In this document: positions 19,482 through 29,639 of the stretch, piece after piece
Layout: every line of letters begins with the position of its first letter
Position numbering within the stretch: the stretch's first letter is position 1
Source of the DNA: an uncultured Anaerolineaceae bacterium
GTDB lineage: Bacteria; Chloroflexota; Anaerolineae; Aggregatilineales; Phototrophicaceae
DNA: 64,000 bases
Direction of reading: 5' to 3'
NCBI GenBank assembly: GCA_964447795.1
Contig: CAYUTY010000010.1
Coordinates: 33,551-97,550 of the forward strand
The notes under the pieces: model-generated
Databases searched by the model: none
Seen by the model: only the letters and a program-made list of their open reading frames with translations
Told to the model about the DNA's origin: nothing
Position numbers and translations under genes: made by a program

Positions 19482-20255
19482 ATGGATATTCAGGCCATTC
19501 GCGCCATTTATGACCGTGAACAGCGTATTGACATCGAATACCCGGATGCCCGCCGCGAAGCCCTGCCCGGCCTGGTGCGCGGCGTTGGCCTGGTGCACCC
19601 ATCCAGCAGCATCATTTATACAAACCTGTCTGCCGATGCTGTAGATGCTGCCATTGAGGAACAGATCACCTATTTCAGCGGCCTGGGCCACGAATTCGAG
19701 TGGAAGGTCTACGACTACGACCAGCCGCTCGATTTGAAAGACCGGCTGGCAGCGCGTGGTTTTGAGCTGGAAGAAGCCGAGGCTATTCTGGTTCTCGATT
19801 TGGAGACGGCTCCGCCAGCCCTCTTCGAGCCGAAAGACACTGACATCCGCGCCATCACCGAACCGGCACAACTGCGCGATATCACCCGCGTGCTGACGGA
19901 AGTGTGGGGCGAGGAAGATAAAGAGCTGGAAGACCGCCTGGCCGCCATGCTGCGCGACCACCCGGAGCAGATCGGCATTTACGCCGCCTATGTCGATGGT
20001 CAACCGGCCAGTTCGGGCTGGATTTTGCTGCTGCCCGGCACCCAGTTCGCCAGTCTGTGGGGTGGCTCGACGCTGGCCGAACACCGGGGACGCGGGCTCT
20101 ATTCCGGGCTGTTGGCCGTTCGGGCGCGGGCCGCGCGAGAGCAGGGACGCCGTTTTCTGACAGTGGATGCCAGCCCCATGAGCCGTCCCATCCTGGAAAA
20201 GTTCGGTTTCCAGTGCATCGGCAAGGCTTATCCCTGTCACTGGCGGCCTGCCTGA
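19482..20255 (+). CDS. GNAT N-acetyltransferase
   Basis: LWGGSTLAEHRGRGLY; DASPMSRPILEKFGF. Confidence 0.85.
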   Translation: MDIQAIRAIYDREQRIDIEYPDARREALPGLVRGVGLVHPSSSIIYTNLSADAVDAAIEEQITYFSGLGHEFEWKVYDYDQPLDLKDRLAARGFELEEAEAILVLDLETAPPALFEPKDTDIRAITEPAQLRDITRVLTEVWGEEDKELEDRLAAMLRDHPEQIGIYAAYVDGQPASSGWILLLPGTQFASLWGGSTLAEHRGRGLYSGLLAVRARAAREQGRRFLTVDASPMSRPILEKFGFQCIGKAYPCHWRPA

Positions 20256-20280
20256 GCGCCCCGCTTTAATGGGTTGCCCT

Positions 20281-20649
20281 TTACCGGGCGCTGATGCGGG
20301 CGAAGCGCCAGGCCTCTTCCAGTGATTGAAAGACGTGGGTTTCGTGCGTGCTGCGGCGTTCGCTCATCATACTGATGGTCTGAGCGCGCACCGTGACACT
20401 GCTGGACGCGCTGACCACAACCGCCACCTTCACATTGGGAGTCGCCGAGCCGCGTACAAAGGCCAGCCCCGCCGCCGGGGTGATGCTTTCTACCTCACGC
20501 GCATCCACCAGCAGCACAATCGGCATTGGGCTGCTGGCAGCGCTGTGACGGAGTGCCTCGACCCAGGCTTCTGCTTCGGCTGCTTCCACCACGCCATGCT
20601 GCCGCGCTGAGAAAATGCCCCCTTCAAAGTGCATGTCCGAGATTGGCAC
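20281..20649 (-). CDS. STAS/SEC14 (SpoIIAA-like) small protein
   Basis: VLLVDAR...PNV...VFQSLEEA; GGAGG RBS before GTG. Confidence 0.6.
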   Translation of the reverse strand: MPISDMHFEGGIFSARQHGVVEAAEAEAWVEALRHSAASSPMPIVLLVDAREVESITPAAGLAFVRGSATPNVKVAVVVSASSSVTVRAQTISMMSERRSTHETHVFQSLEEAWRFARISAR

Positions 20650-20794
20650 AATACCCTCCATTCTATTACGAATCATTACCTTATTGTCATGGTTAACTCA
20701 CGCCGCTGTGCATAAAGGTTTTCGCCGCGCCATTAGCGTAACCGCTCACGATGCCCTAAAATTAAGGAGGTTGGGAACGAGTGAGGAGGCGTAT

Positions 20795-23785
20795 GTGTCA
20801 CAGAATGTAAATGCGCGGGCGATCCCGCTTTGGGCGTTGGGTCTGATCGTGGTACTGGGGTTTGCGGCAGTGCTGGCTTTCACAGCGCAGCAGCAGGCAG
20901 CCAGTGAAGCATCTGCCGCCGCTACTGCCGGGGCGCAGGCTGAAGTAGCGCTGCTCAATGCCCAGACGCAGGCCGCTGTTGAAGGGACTGCTGTGCAGGA
21001 AAGTGCCCAGGTACAGGCCGCCGCCACGGCTACCGCTGCTGCTGAAGAACTGGCGACAACCTCTGCCGCTTTACAGGCTGAAGCCCAGGCGCAGGTTGCT
21101 GAAATTGGCACCACCGCCACCCTTCAGGCTGAAAATATCGCGGCGGCCCAGGCGCAGGCTGGTGAAGCTGAAGCAGCAGCGACGGCGCAGGGCATGGTGC
21201 TGGCGACTGCCGAAAACCAACTCGATAGCATTGCTGCAACCGCGACTGCTGGCGCGGAACAGGTCATTCAGGTGCGGCAGGACGCCCAGAACAGCCAGGC
21301 GCGCGCCCTCAATGCGGAGAGCCGGTTGGCCTTGCGCGAAGGCAATCACGCCCTGGCGCTGCTGCTCGGCATCGAAGCCGCCCAGTTGAGCGGCCCGGAT
21401 GCCCTGGCGGGAAGTGCCTTGCGCGAAGCGCTGGCGTCCCGTCCCGCTGTTGCCGCCTATCTTTTCCAGCATAGTGACACTGTTTATGCGCTGGCCTACA
21501 GCCGTGATGGAAAAATGCTGGCTTCCGGCGCAGCCGATACCAACATCGTTCTCTGGGATACCGAAACCTATCAGCCCATTACCATCCTCGGCGATCACAG
21601 CGATACTATTTTCACGCTGGCTTTTTCGCCTGACGGAACGCTGCTGGCTTCCGGCGGTGCTGACGGCAAAATTCTGATCTGGGATGTGGCTACTGGACGG
21701 TTGGCGCGTCCCCGCCTGATGGTACACACCGACTATATTCAGGCGCTGGCCTTTTCGTCGGATGGCACATGGCTTGCTTCCGCCAGCCGTGACGGGACAA
21801 TTCGCCTCTGGGATCTGGAAACCGGCGAACAAACCGCTGAACTGCTGCCCCCGGCTGGTGGCGCAGTCTATACACTGGCCTTCACGCCGGATAACGCCGC
21901 CCTTGTGACCGGCGGCGCGGGCGAACTGCTGCTCTGGAATCTCACCGATCAATCCGTCGCCCGCGAATTTAATGGTGACAGCGGCATAATCCAGACCATC
22001 GCCCTCTCGCCGGATGGCAAGCGCCTGGCTTCGGGAAGCGATTCTGGTGCAGTCAATATCTGGGATGTGCGGACAGGCGAGTCGGTCAATGCCTTGTCTT
22101 CCGCTTCTGCCCCGGTGACAGGGCTGTCTTACAGCCCCGACGGAACGCGCCTGACTGTCGTCACCAGCGAAGTTGTTGAATACGATCTCAGCGCTGGCTT
22201 TTTTGAGGCCGTTGCCCGCCTCGATCTGGCTGGCACAACCCCTTATACAGCCCTCTACAGCCCCGATGGCACTGAGCTGGCTGTCACCGCGGGCGAAAGC
22301 ATCATCCGCTGGCAGCCGGACGCCACAGGGATATTCAACCGCCATCTTGACACTCAGAATGATGCCGTTCGCGCTGTCGATTACACGCCGGATGGGGCAA
22401 CCCTCATTTCGGTCAGTGAGGATGGCACGCTCGTTTTGTGGGACACTGCCACCGGCGCGGAGCAGAATCGCATCGTCGCTCATGATGGCGGCGCGATTGG
22501 TGCGGCCTATAGTCCCGATGGTTCCCTGATTGTCACTGGCGGCGGTGATGACAGAGTGGTGTTGTGGGATGCCGAAACGCTGCAAATCGAGCATTCCATG
22601 ACCGGTCATACCAACTGGGTTTTGGGTGTCGCCTTCAGCCCCGATGGAAATCGTGTCGCTTCAGCGGGCAGTGATGGCACGGTGCGCCTCTGGGATGTCG
22701 AGACAGGTGAGCAGATTGGCGAACCGCTTGCCAATCTCAGTGTCAGTCTGTGGGCGGTATCCTTCAGCCCCGATGGCCGGACGCTGGCGGCGGGCGACGA
22801 CAATGGCCTGATTCACCGCTGGGATGTGGAAACGCAGCAAACCCTGGGACAACCCCTGCGCGGCCATTCTCGGTCCGTTTATGCGCTGCGCTTCAGCCCC
22901 GATGGACGGCTGCTGGTTTCCGGTTCGCGTGATAACCGTGTGATTGCCTGGAATGCCGAAACCGGGACGCAGATCGGTGAATTTATCAACGGCAATCTCG
23001 ACAGTGTTTTCTCGCTGGCCTTCAGCCCCGACAGCCGCATACTCGCTTCCGGCACCGCCTCAGATGAGCCAAGCGGCAGTATTACGCTGTGGGACACGGA
23101 AACGCTTCGCCCCATCACCAATGCTTTTGCTGTCGAACCCGATTGGGTCAACGCGCTCGCCTTCAGCCCGGATGGGAAAGCATTAGCGGCGGGCATCGGC
23201 GGGACAGGCATGATTGTGACTGAGGCCGTCATTTACGATCTGGCGAGTGACGGTTGGGTTGATGCGGCCTGTAAGCTGGCCGGGCGCAGCCTCACGATTG
23301 ACGAAACCCTGCTCTATAAGGACGGCAGCACAGATGCCGTAGGATGCAACAGGCCATTTCACAGTTCCGTCGTGGAATATTATGCCAACCGCGCTGGCAG
23401 CGCCCACCTCGCCGGGGATGATGCGGCTGCACAGGCGGCTTATGAAACAGCCGTCACGTTCGCCCTGCGATCATCTGACCCCGATGCGATTAATAACCTC
23501 TGCTGGTATGGGGCGATTGATGGTTATGCCGAAATTGTGCTGCCTGCCTGCGAACGCGCGGTTGAACTCAATCCGACTGAGGCCAACATCATCGACAGTC
23601 GTGGGCTGGCGCGGGCGCTGACCGGCGACACCGAAGGCGCGATTGCCGACTTTGGTTATTACGCCGAATGGACGCGCACCTATGGCTTTTACGAGTCGTC
23701 CGGCATCCAGCGCACCGAATGGGTGACGCGCCTGACTGCCGGGGACGATCCCTTCGACGCCGAAACGCTGGAGTCGCTGCGGTAG
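20795..23785 (+). CDS. Membrane-anchored WD40-repeat protein with C-terminal TPR
   Basis: N-terminal TM segment, Ala-rich helix, about 14 repeats of H...V..LAFSPDG..LAS...D..I.LWD, then WVDAACKLAGRSLT and NNLCW...DSRGLARALTG. Confidence 0.88.
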   Translation: MSQNVNARAIPLWALGLIVVLGFAAVLAFTAQQQAASEASAAATAGAQAEVALLNAQTQAAVEGTAVQESAQVQAAATATAAAEELATTSAALQAEAQAQVAEIGTTATLQAENIAAAQAQAGEAEAAATAQGMVLATAENQLDSIAATATAGAEQVIQVRQDAQNSQARALNAESRLALREGNHALALLLGIEAAQLSGPDALAGSALREALASRPAVAAYLFQHSDTVYALAYSRDGKMLASGAADTNIVLWDTETYQPITILGDHSDTIFTLAFSPDGTLLASGGADGKILIWDVATGRLARPRLMVHTDYIQALAFSSDGTWLASASRDGTIRLWDLETGEQTAELLPPAGGAVYTLAFTPDNAALVTGGAGELLLWNLTDQSVAREFNGDSGIIQTIALSPDGKRLASGSDSGAVNIWDVRTGESVNALSSASAPVTGLSYSPDGTRLTVVTSEVVEYDLSAGFFEAVARLDLAGTTPYTALYSPDGTELAVTAGESIIRWQPDATGIFNRHLDTQNDAVRAVDYTPDGATLISVSEDGTLVLWDTATGAEQNRIVAHDGGAIGAAYSPDGSLIVTGGGDDRVVLWDAETLQIEHSMTGHTNWVLGVAFSPDGNRVASAGSDGTVRLWDVETGEQIGEPLANLSVSLWAVSFSPDGRTLAAGDDNGLIHRWDVETQQTLGQPLRGHSRSVYALRFSPDGRLLVSGSRDNRVIAWNAETGTQIGEFINGNLDSVFSLAFSPDSRILASGTASDEPSGSITLWDTETLRPITNAFAVEPDWVNALAFSPDGKALAAGIGGTGMIVTEAVIYDLASDGWVDAACKLAGRSLTIDETLLYKDGSTDAVGCNRPFHSSVVEYYANRAGSAHLAGDDAAAQAAYETAVTFALRSSDPDAINNLCWYGAIDGYAEIVLPACERAVELNPTEANIIDSRGLARALTGDTEGAIADFGYYAEWTRTYGFYESSGIQRTEWVTRLTAGDDPFDAETLESLR

Positions 23786-23791
23786 CGGCCT

Positions 23792-24982
23792 ATGGCTGGC
23801 AGTGTCGTTCGCGCGGCTTCGCCAGAGGACTATGCCCGCGCCGGGGAACTGGTGGCGGGCGTATTCTCCAGAGGCGACTCCCAGGCTTATCAACGCCTGC
23901 TGCGCCGTCACAGCCTGCGCCCCACTGAGCCGGGTTTCAGCTATGGCCTGAACCGGGTGGCGCTGGTCAATGGCGAAGTCGTGGCCTACATGCGCGTTGT
24001 CCCCGGTCTGCTGCGTTACGGCGCGGCCCGTATCAGCGTCGGCGGCCTGGCGCAGGTTTGCACCCATCCGGCGCACCGCAATCAGGGTTTTTCCGCCGCC
24101 CTCTTACAGGATGCCATCGCTTATATGGCGGAGCAGGGCGCGGGAATGGCGCTCCTCAATGGTATTCCCGGTTATTACCAGCGTTTTGGCTTCAGTCCGG
24201 TCTGGCCCTACTATAATCTGCACATCCCCGCCGCCGAGGCCGCCCGCCTCACCAGCCCGCTGCGCCTGCGTCCCGCCCACACCGATGATGTTCCGGCGCT
24301 CATGAATCTTTACCAGCGCCATTGGGGCGGGCGTGCTGCTTTCGAGCGTTCGGCGCTGCTCTGGGCCTGGCGCATCCAGCATGAAATAAGGCCGGTTCAG
24401 CAGGTCGTCGTGGATAAGGATGACGGTGTGCAGGGCTATCTGTCTGGCCTCTCACTGACCGATGACGAAACCGAAGTCGTGGCTGATACCCCGGAAGCGG
24501 CGCTGGCGCTGCTGGGGTTATGCGGCGCGGCCTGCCTCGAAGCCGGAATGGAGATGCTTAGCTGGTGTATCCCGCCCGACGATGCCCTGATTTCCTTTGC
24601 TCGCCAGCACGTCACCGTTAACCTGAGCGCCCTCTACCGGCCTAATGGTGGCTGGATGGCACGCTTGATTGATGCGCGTGGTTTTCTCGAAACGCTTCTG
24701 CCCGAAATCACGGCGCAGGCGGCTTCCACTGACCCCGCCTTTGACCCGGCTGCGCTGCTGGCGGAGGCCGGTGCTGGCGGTGTTCGTCTTGCGCTGCGTG
24801 GTCAGCCGGATACCCTCTGCGACCTGAGCTACAATGATTTCCTACAGGTCGCTTTTGGATCGCTGCGCCCGGATGCGCTGGCGGTGCGCCCGGCCAGCCA
24901 GCTTCAGCCCGCCGGGCGCCGCCTGCTGGAACTGCTCTTCCCGCCCCGCATCGCTGCCCTGGCCTGCATGGATTGGTTTTGA
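23792..24982 (+). CDS. Eis-like GNAT acetyltransferase
   Basis: GGLAQVCTHPAHRNQG; GIPGYYQRFGF; tandem GNAT domains plus C-terminal domain. Confidence 0.8.
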   Translation: MAGSVVRAASPEDYARAGELVAGVFSRGDSQAYQRLLRRHSLRPTEPGFSYGLNRVALVNGEVVAYMRVVPGLLRYGAARISVGGLAQVCTHPAHRNQGFSAALLQDAIAYMAEQGAGMALLNGIPGYYQRFGFSPVWPYYNLHIPAAEAARLTSPLRLRPAHTDDVPALMNLYQRHWGGRAAFERSALLWAWRIQHEIRPVQQVVVDKDDGVQGYLSGLSLTDDETEVVADTPEAALALLGLCGAACLEAGMEMLSWCIPPDDALISFARQHVTVNLSALYRPNGGWMARLIDARGFLETLLPEITAQAASTDPAFDPAALLAEAGAGGVRLALRGQPDTLCDLSYNDFLQVAFGSLRPDALAVRPASQLQPAGRRLLELLFPPRIAALACMDWF

Positions 24983-24994
24983 AAGGACTCCGCG

Positions 24995-25333
24995 ATGTAT
25001 CTGGACACGGTGCGCGAGATTGTCTTGAAATTCCCCGGCGTGCAGGAAGCATTGACTCATGGTTCGCCTGCCTTCAAAACGCCTAAAAAATTGCTGGCCG
25101 TCATGATGGACGATGGCATTACACTTGTCGTTCAGGTCGGGCGGCTGGAACAGGGCTTCCTCATCGAAACCATGCCCGATATTTATCACATCACCGATCA
25201 CTATCGCGGGACGCCTTTCCTGTGGGTGCGCCTTCAGCAGATTGATCGCCAGCACCTTGAAGACCTGCTCGAAACCGCCTGGCGCAGGCTGGCCCTAAAG
25301 CGCGACATCGCCGCCTATGAATCCCGTTACTAG
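24995..25333 (+). CDS. MmcQ/YjbR family protein
   Basis: FPGVQE...HGSPAFK...PDIYHITDHY. Confidence 0.8.
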   Translation: MYLDTVREIVLKFPGVQEALTHGSPAFKTPKKLLAVMMDDGITLVVQVGRLEQGFLIETMPDIYHITDHYRGTPFLWVRLQQIDRQHLEDLLETAWRRLALKRDIAAYESRY

Positions 25334-25383
25334 GGGCGGAGCGGTGTTCCCGCCCGACTTTGCTCATCCAAATCGCCCGACTT

Positions 25384-25591
25384 TCCCCTCAGAATCGAAA
25401 CAAATGTCATGACAAATGTTTCACCCCTCGCCCCATTTCTCTGCTAAACTGTTCTTATGAAACCGTCTGATGCGCCGCTCACCCGCAGCCTGGAAATGGC
25501 AAAAAATCATTTGCCATTGTCACAATGGTCACAAATGAAATGGCGGTGGCAGGAAAAATCAAAAATGCTTTCACTGCCGCCGCCGCCGCCA
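25384..25591 (+). repeat. Dispersed non-coding element, copy 2
   Basis: TCCCCTCAGAATCGAAACAAATGTCATGACAAATGTTTCACCCCTCGCCCCATTTCTCTGCTAAACT...AATGAAATGGCGGTGGCAGGAAAAATC...GCCGCCGCCA. Confidence 0.9.
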
Positions 25592-25595
25592 GCCT

Positions 25596-26987
25596 TTACG
25601 ACAGAGGAGCCAGTTCGCTCAGAATCGTCGGCAAAAATTCAGCAATGGTCGGGTGGATGGGCAGCGCTTCCAGCATCGGCCTGTAGGTTGCTCCCGTCGC
25701 CATGTAGTAACTGATGACCTGAATCACCTCATCGCCATGAAAGCCCAGCACCGCCGCGCCGAGAAACTGCTCGCTGTCGGCATCCACCAGCAGCTTGATT
25801 AACCCGGCGGTTTCTGCCTGCTCGACAGCCCGCCCGATGCGGCTCATCGGTTTGGTCGCCATCAGCACCTTTCGCCCGGACTCGCGGGCTTCTTTCTCGG
25901 TCATGCCCACTCGTCCCAGCGGTGGGTCGGTGTACAGGTTGTAAGCCATCGTCCGCTCTGTCCATTTTCGCGCCCGCCCGTGCAGCAGGTTGTCGCGCAC
26001 GATCTCGTAATCATGGTAAGAAGTATGGGTGAAAGCCCCCTTGCCGTTGATGTCTCCCAGCGCGTAAATGCCGGCTGCGCTGCTTTCCAACTGCTCGTTG
26101 ACCACGACGAAGCCGCGCTTATCCAGCTCCACGCCCACCGACTCCAGGTTGAGTTTATCGGTATTGGGGATACGCCCGACGGCGTTCAGCCAGTGCGAGC
26201 CGCTGATAACATGTTCGCGGCCATCGGCATCATCGCGCACATAAACCCGCACCCCGCCGTCCGCCGCTTCGACCTTATAGATGCGGCTGTGGGTGTGAAC
26301 GGTAATGCCTTCTTCGGCCAGGATGCGGTGAATCTCGCTTTTGATGTCATCATCCTCGCGGTGAATCAGGCATTCCGCCGTCTCGACGATGGTGACCTGG
26401 CTGCCCAGCCGCCGGAACGCCTGTCCCATTTCCAGCCCGATATAACTGCCGCCTGCGATAATCAGGTGTTCCGGCAGGGTTTCCAGGCGCAGCAGTTTTT
26501 CACTGTCGAGCCAGTCCACCTGCTCAATCCCGTCCGCGTCCGAAGCCCGCGCCCGCGTCCCCGTGTTGAGAAACACACGCGGCGCTTCAATCAGTTCATC
26601 GCCGACGCGCACGCGATAGCCACCATCGGTCTTGCCCTCAAAATGGGCATAAACGTTATAAATATCCAGCCCATCAAGGCCGCGCAGCCAGTCCTCTACG
26701 CCCTGACTGCCGCTGTCGATCATGCCGATGACGCGCTCCCGCACCCGCTCCCAATTGACGCTGAAACCGTCGATTTCGATGCCAAAATCCGCACCACGCC
26801 GCGCCATGTGTGCCGCCCGTGCGCTGGCAATCAGGGTTTTGGTCGGGCGGCAGCCGTAATTCACACACGAACCGCCAAAGCGGTAACCTTCAGCGATGGC
26901 GACTTTTTGCCCCGCCTCGGCCAGTTTGCTCGCCATCGGCGGCCCGGACTGCCCGCTTCCAATCACAATCGCGTCATATTGTTTCAC
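25596..26987 (-). CDS. Pyridine nucleotide-disulfide oxidoreductase (MerA/RclA-like, no MerA C-terminal CC)
   Basis: IGSGQSG, GGSCVNYGCRPTK, GGSYIGLE, IYALGD, HPTIAE. Confidence 0.9.
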   Translation of the reverse strand: MKQYDAIVIGSGQSGPPMASKLAEAGQKVAIAEGYRFGGSCVNYGCRPTKTLIASARAAHMARRGADFGIEIDGFSVNWERVRERVIGMIDSGSQGVEDWLRGLDGLDIYNVYAHFEGKTDGGYRVRVGDELIEAPRVFLNTGTRARASDADGIEQVDWLDSEKLLRLETLPEHLIIAGGSYIGLEMGQAFRRLGSQVTIVETAECLIHREDDDIKSEIHRILAEEGITVHTHSRIYKVEAADGGVRVYVRDDADGREHVISGSHWLNAVGRIPNTDKLNLESVGVELDKRGFVVVNEQLESSAAGIYALGDINGKGAFTHTSYHDYEIVRDNLLHGRARKWTERTMAYNLYTDPPLGRVGMTEKEARESGRKVLMATKPMSRIGRAVEQAETAGLIKLLVDADSEQFLGAAVLGFHGDEVIQVISYYMATGATYRPMLEALPIHPTIAEFLPTILSELAPLS

Positions 26988-27047
26988 AACTCTTCCTCTC
27001 GTCCGATTCTCATCCTAAAACCGCTAAAAGTTATGCAGTTGCCATCT

Positions 27048-27076
27048 GTAGGGGAGGGTTTGAAACCCTCCCCTAC
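27048..27076. repeat. GTAG-type REP palindrome
   Basis: GTAGGGGAGGGTTT-G-AAACCCTCCCCTAC, perfect 14-bp arms. Confidence 0.85.
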
Positions 27077-27121
27077 GAAAACATACGCTCAATTGCGTAA
27101 GTCATAAGCTGCTTGCCGATT

Positions 27122-27772
27122 TTATCCCGCCAGTTGGGCGTAATAGTCGCGCCATGAAGGCGTTAAGGCTTCGACTTCGGCTAAACCGGCGCAGGCCCGC
27201 CTATCCTGATGTCGCTCCGCAATCAGATCATTCAGCAGGCTGATGGGATACTGTGGATAAGGGCGTTCCAGTAGTCGATAAGTATCCCCGGCCTGTACAT
27301 AGCCGGTCTGCAACACCTGATGATACCAGCCGCCCCAGCCTTTTTCCGCCACCCGCGCTGTCAGGTCTTTGATGCCCCAGCGTCGCGCCAGCTTCCAGCA
27401 TGGTCGGCGCGGCTGCGCCACCTGTAAACGCGCCTCACCCAGCGCATAGACATCGCCCAGGCAAACTGTAGCTTCGGTCAGTTCTGTTACCGTAAAATTT
27501 TCGCCGAACGCGCCATAGGGCAGGTCGTGTCCGAGTGTTTCCCGCCAGACTGGATAATGAACCGCGCCATACGCCAGTGCTGCCCGGTATGGCCCGCCGT
27601 GATTATGCAAATCCTGCTGGCCGTCGCCAGCCAGGTTAAGGCTGTCCAGCCAGACAGGCCCGCTCACCGGGTACTTGAATATGCCCGATTCCCAGGTCTT
27701 TTTCGATACGCCGTCTGCGCCGTGCTGGGCAGGCATCCCCACCTGAATCGAAAGTAATGTTGCTTCAGTCAC
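27122..27772 (-). CDS. MOSC domain protein (YiiM-like)
   Basis: GDGQQD..NHGG, GAFGENFT, QPRRPCWKL. Confidence 0.9.
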   Translation of the reverse strand: MTEATLLSIQVGMPAQHGADGVSKKTWESGIFKYPVSGPVWLDSLNLAGDGQQDLHNHGGPYRAALAYGAVHYPVWRETLGHDLPYGAFGENFTVTELTEATVCLGDVYALGEARLQVAQPRRPCWKLARRWGIKDLTARVAEKGWGGWYHQVLQTGYVQAGDTYRLLERPYPQYPISLLNDLIAERHQDRRACAGLAEVEALTPSWRDYYAQLAG

Positions 27773-28051
27773 GTTTTTTACCTTCCAAGAGTCGGATAAC
27801 TCATCAGTCGCATGATTGAACAGCGGTGTTACAGGCGGAATATTCTATTAGCCATCTTGTGAGAATTTGCAGGGGAAAGGTAATCGTAAAAAATAGCATT
27901 AATTGCTTGTCAACGTGAACGATAGTTTATCGCGGCCTTGTCTGCCGCGCCAGTGTTTGGGGGACTTTTTAACCTGCACTCATGCGATCATGTGCTTGCG
28001 AGAATACTCACCCCGCCCGCTGTATATATACAGAATAAGGAGACTCTGCTC

Positions 28052-28909
28052 ATGCAAGCTGTCCTCGACTATTACAGCCAGCACACCCCACTCACCGACC
28101 CCGGCCAGCACGCCGCGCTGTTCGACAACCTGCCACACGATCTGCCGGGCCTTCATCAGGTGGTGCAAAATCTGCTCATTCACGTCTGGAAGGTTCGCAA
28201 ATATCACCCGGACTGGCTCAAAGGCCGGACGCATGAATACGAAGCGCGCCCGGTGGAAAAGATGCTGACGCTGGCGCTGGCGCATGATGCCCGCCCGCTC
28301 ACCAGCGAACGTCCGAAGGAAAAGAAGCTGATCGAAGACTGTCGTCATCACGCAGTGCTGCTGTGCGCCATGCTGCGGCATCAGGGCATCCCGGCGCGGG
28401 TGCGCTGCGGCTTCGCTACCTATCTGGAAAAGTCTCATTATCAGGATCATTGGGTGACAGAATACTGGGATGGTTCGCGCTGGGTGCTGGAAGACCCTGA
28501 TCTGGTGAAACACGACTTTCCGCGTGAAGAATTCTTCGTCGGCGGGGCGGCCTGGCAGGCCGTTCGAAATGGCACCCTATCAGCCGATCAGTTTGGCTAT
28601 GCACCAGATATGCGAGGGATATTCGCGGTGCGTCATGATCTGATGCGTGACCTGGCCTGTCTGAATGGTTTTGAAGGCTTATCAGGTGATGGCTGGGGGA
28701 TGTTCTCCAAAGATGAGCCAGCCGTGACCGATGAAGACCGTGCCCTGCTTGATCGCGCCGCCGAACTCACCCTGTCTGTCGATTCGCGTTTTAGTGAGAT
28801 GCGGGAATTTTATGAGTCGCAGCCGCTGCTGCGGGTGCCGCCGCTGGTTGGTATGTACAACTACATCAATGATAGCTGGCGCGAAGAACCCTGGCTGGGT
28901 ATCGCCTGA
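28052..28909 (+). CDS. Transglutaminase-like domain protein
   Basis: DCRHHAVL...GIPARVRCGF...DHWVTEYW...W..EDP (Cys-His-Asp triad). Confidence 0.85.
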   Translation: MQAVLDYYSQHTPLTDPGQHAALFDNLPHDLPGLHQVVQNLLIHVWKVRKYHPDWLKGRTHEYEARPVEKMLTLALAHDARPLTSERPKEKKLIEDCRHHAVLLCAMLRHQGIPARVRCGFATYLEKSHYQDHWVTEYWDGSRWVLEDPDLVKHDFPREEFFVGGAAWQAVRNGTLSADQFGYAPDMRGIFAVRHDLMRDLACLNGFEGLSGDGWGMFSKDEPAVTDEDRALLDRAAELTLSVDSRFSEMREFYESQPLLRVPPLVGMYNYINDSWREEPWLGIA

Positions 28910-28996
28910 AACAACGTGTCATCAGGCAGGCTGCATCGCTCGCAGCCTGCCTCAGAGGTTATGATAGGAGATGGTGAGTCTGAGCGTTCGAAACCC

Positions 28997-29515
28997 TCAT
29001 GAACATGCCTGAATCGGCAGGTCGGCGAAAGCTGCTGTGATCTCCGCCGGAGCCGCCTCCGCCACATAATAGGTCAGATCAATATTCCCGCTCAGACCTG
29101 CCTCCGATGCCGCTGTGATCGTCAGCCCACCGTAATACAATCCACCTTCGCTGCCATCCGGCCCCAGCCCGCTGATTTTCAGCGGCCAGACGTAATCATC
29201 CGGCATTGACAGCGATGGATCATAACTGAATGTCGCTCCCGCCGTCAGATCGCCCGTGATGACCATACGAATCGAAGCATCATAATCACCGGTATCGTTC
29301 AACTGTATGATGGTCTGCTTTGCGCCATCATCACCAATAGCCGCGACCAGTGCGCTCGATTCATCTGCTGTGCCATCGGTTGTGACCGTGTACATAATGG
29401 TTTTCGCGCCGTTCATGCTGGGGCTGCATATTTTCTCAGCATTCAATGCACCACAGGCGCTTATTGCCAACAGACACAGCGTTAAGACAGTCCCTCGCAG
29501 AGTCACAGTTTGCAT
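28997..29515 (-). CDS. Hypothetical lipoprotein (paralog 1)
   Basis: Lipobox-like LAISAC; similar to 29640-30149. Confidence 0.7.
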   Translation of the reverse strand: MQTVTLRGTVLTLCLLAISACGALNAEKICSPSMNGAKTIMYTVTTDGTADESSALVAAIGDDGAKQTIIQLNDTGDYDASIRMVITGDLTAGATFSYDPSLSMPDDYVWPLKISGLGPDGSEGGLYYGGLTITAASEAGLSGNIDLTYYVAEAAPAEITAAFADLPIQACS

Positions 29516-29639
29516 CCCTTTGGTAGGTATAAATCCTCAACCAGTATACGCTATCGGGGATGAAAGGGCGCAAGGGTGCAAAACCCTAATCAGGACAGAT
29601 GAAACGAGAAGTGAAACCGCGTTGAACAGCCTCATGGTT

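Noticed and set aside
21071..22609. 512-aa antisense ORF
   Set aside because: Shadow of the repetitive WD40 gene in GC-rich DNA; no motifs.
25457..25714. 85-aa ORF inside element copy 2
   Set aside because: The frame is not conserved in copies 1 and 3 (early stops, indel), and it overlaps the convergent gene.
25596..26987. Calling this merA
   Set aside because: No NmerA domain or C-terminal Cys-Cys, and no mer operon adjacent.
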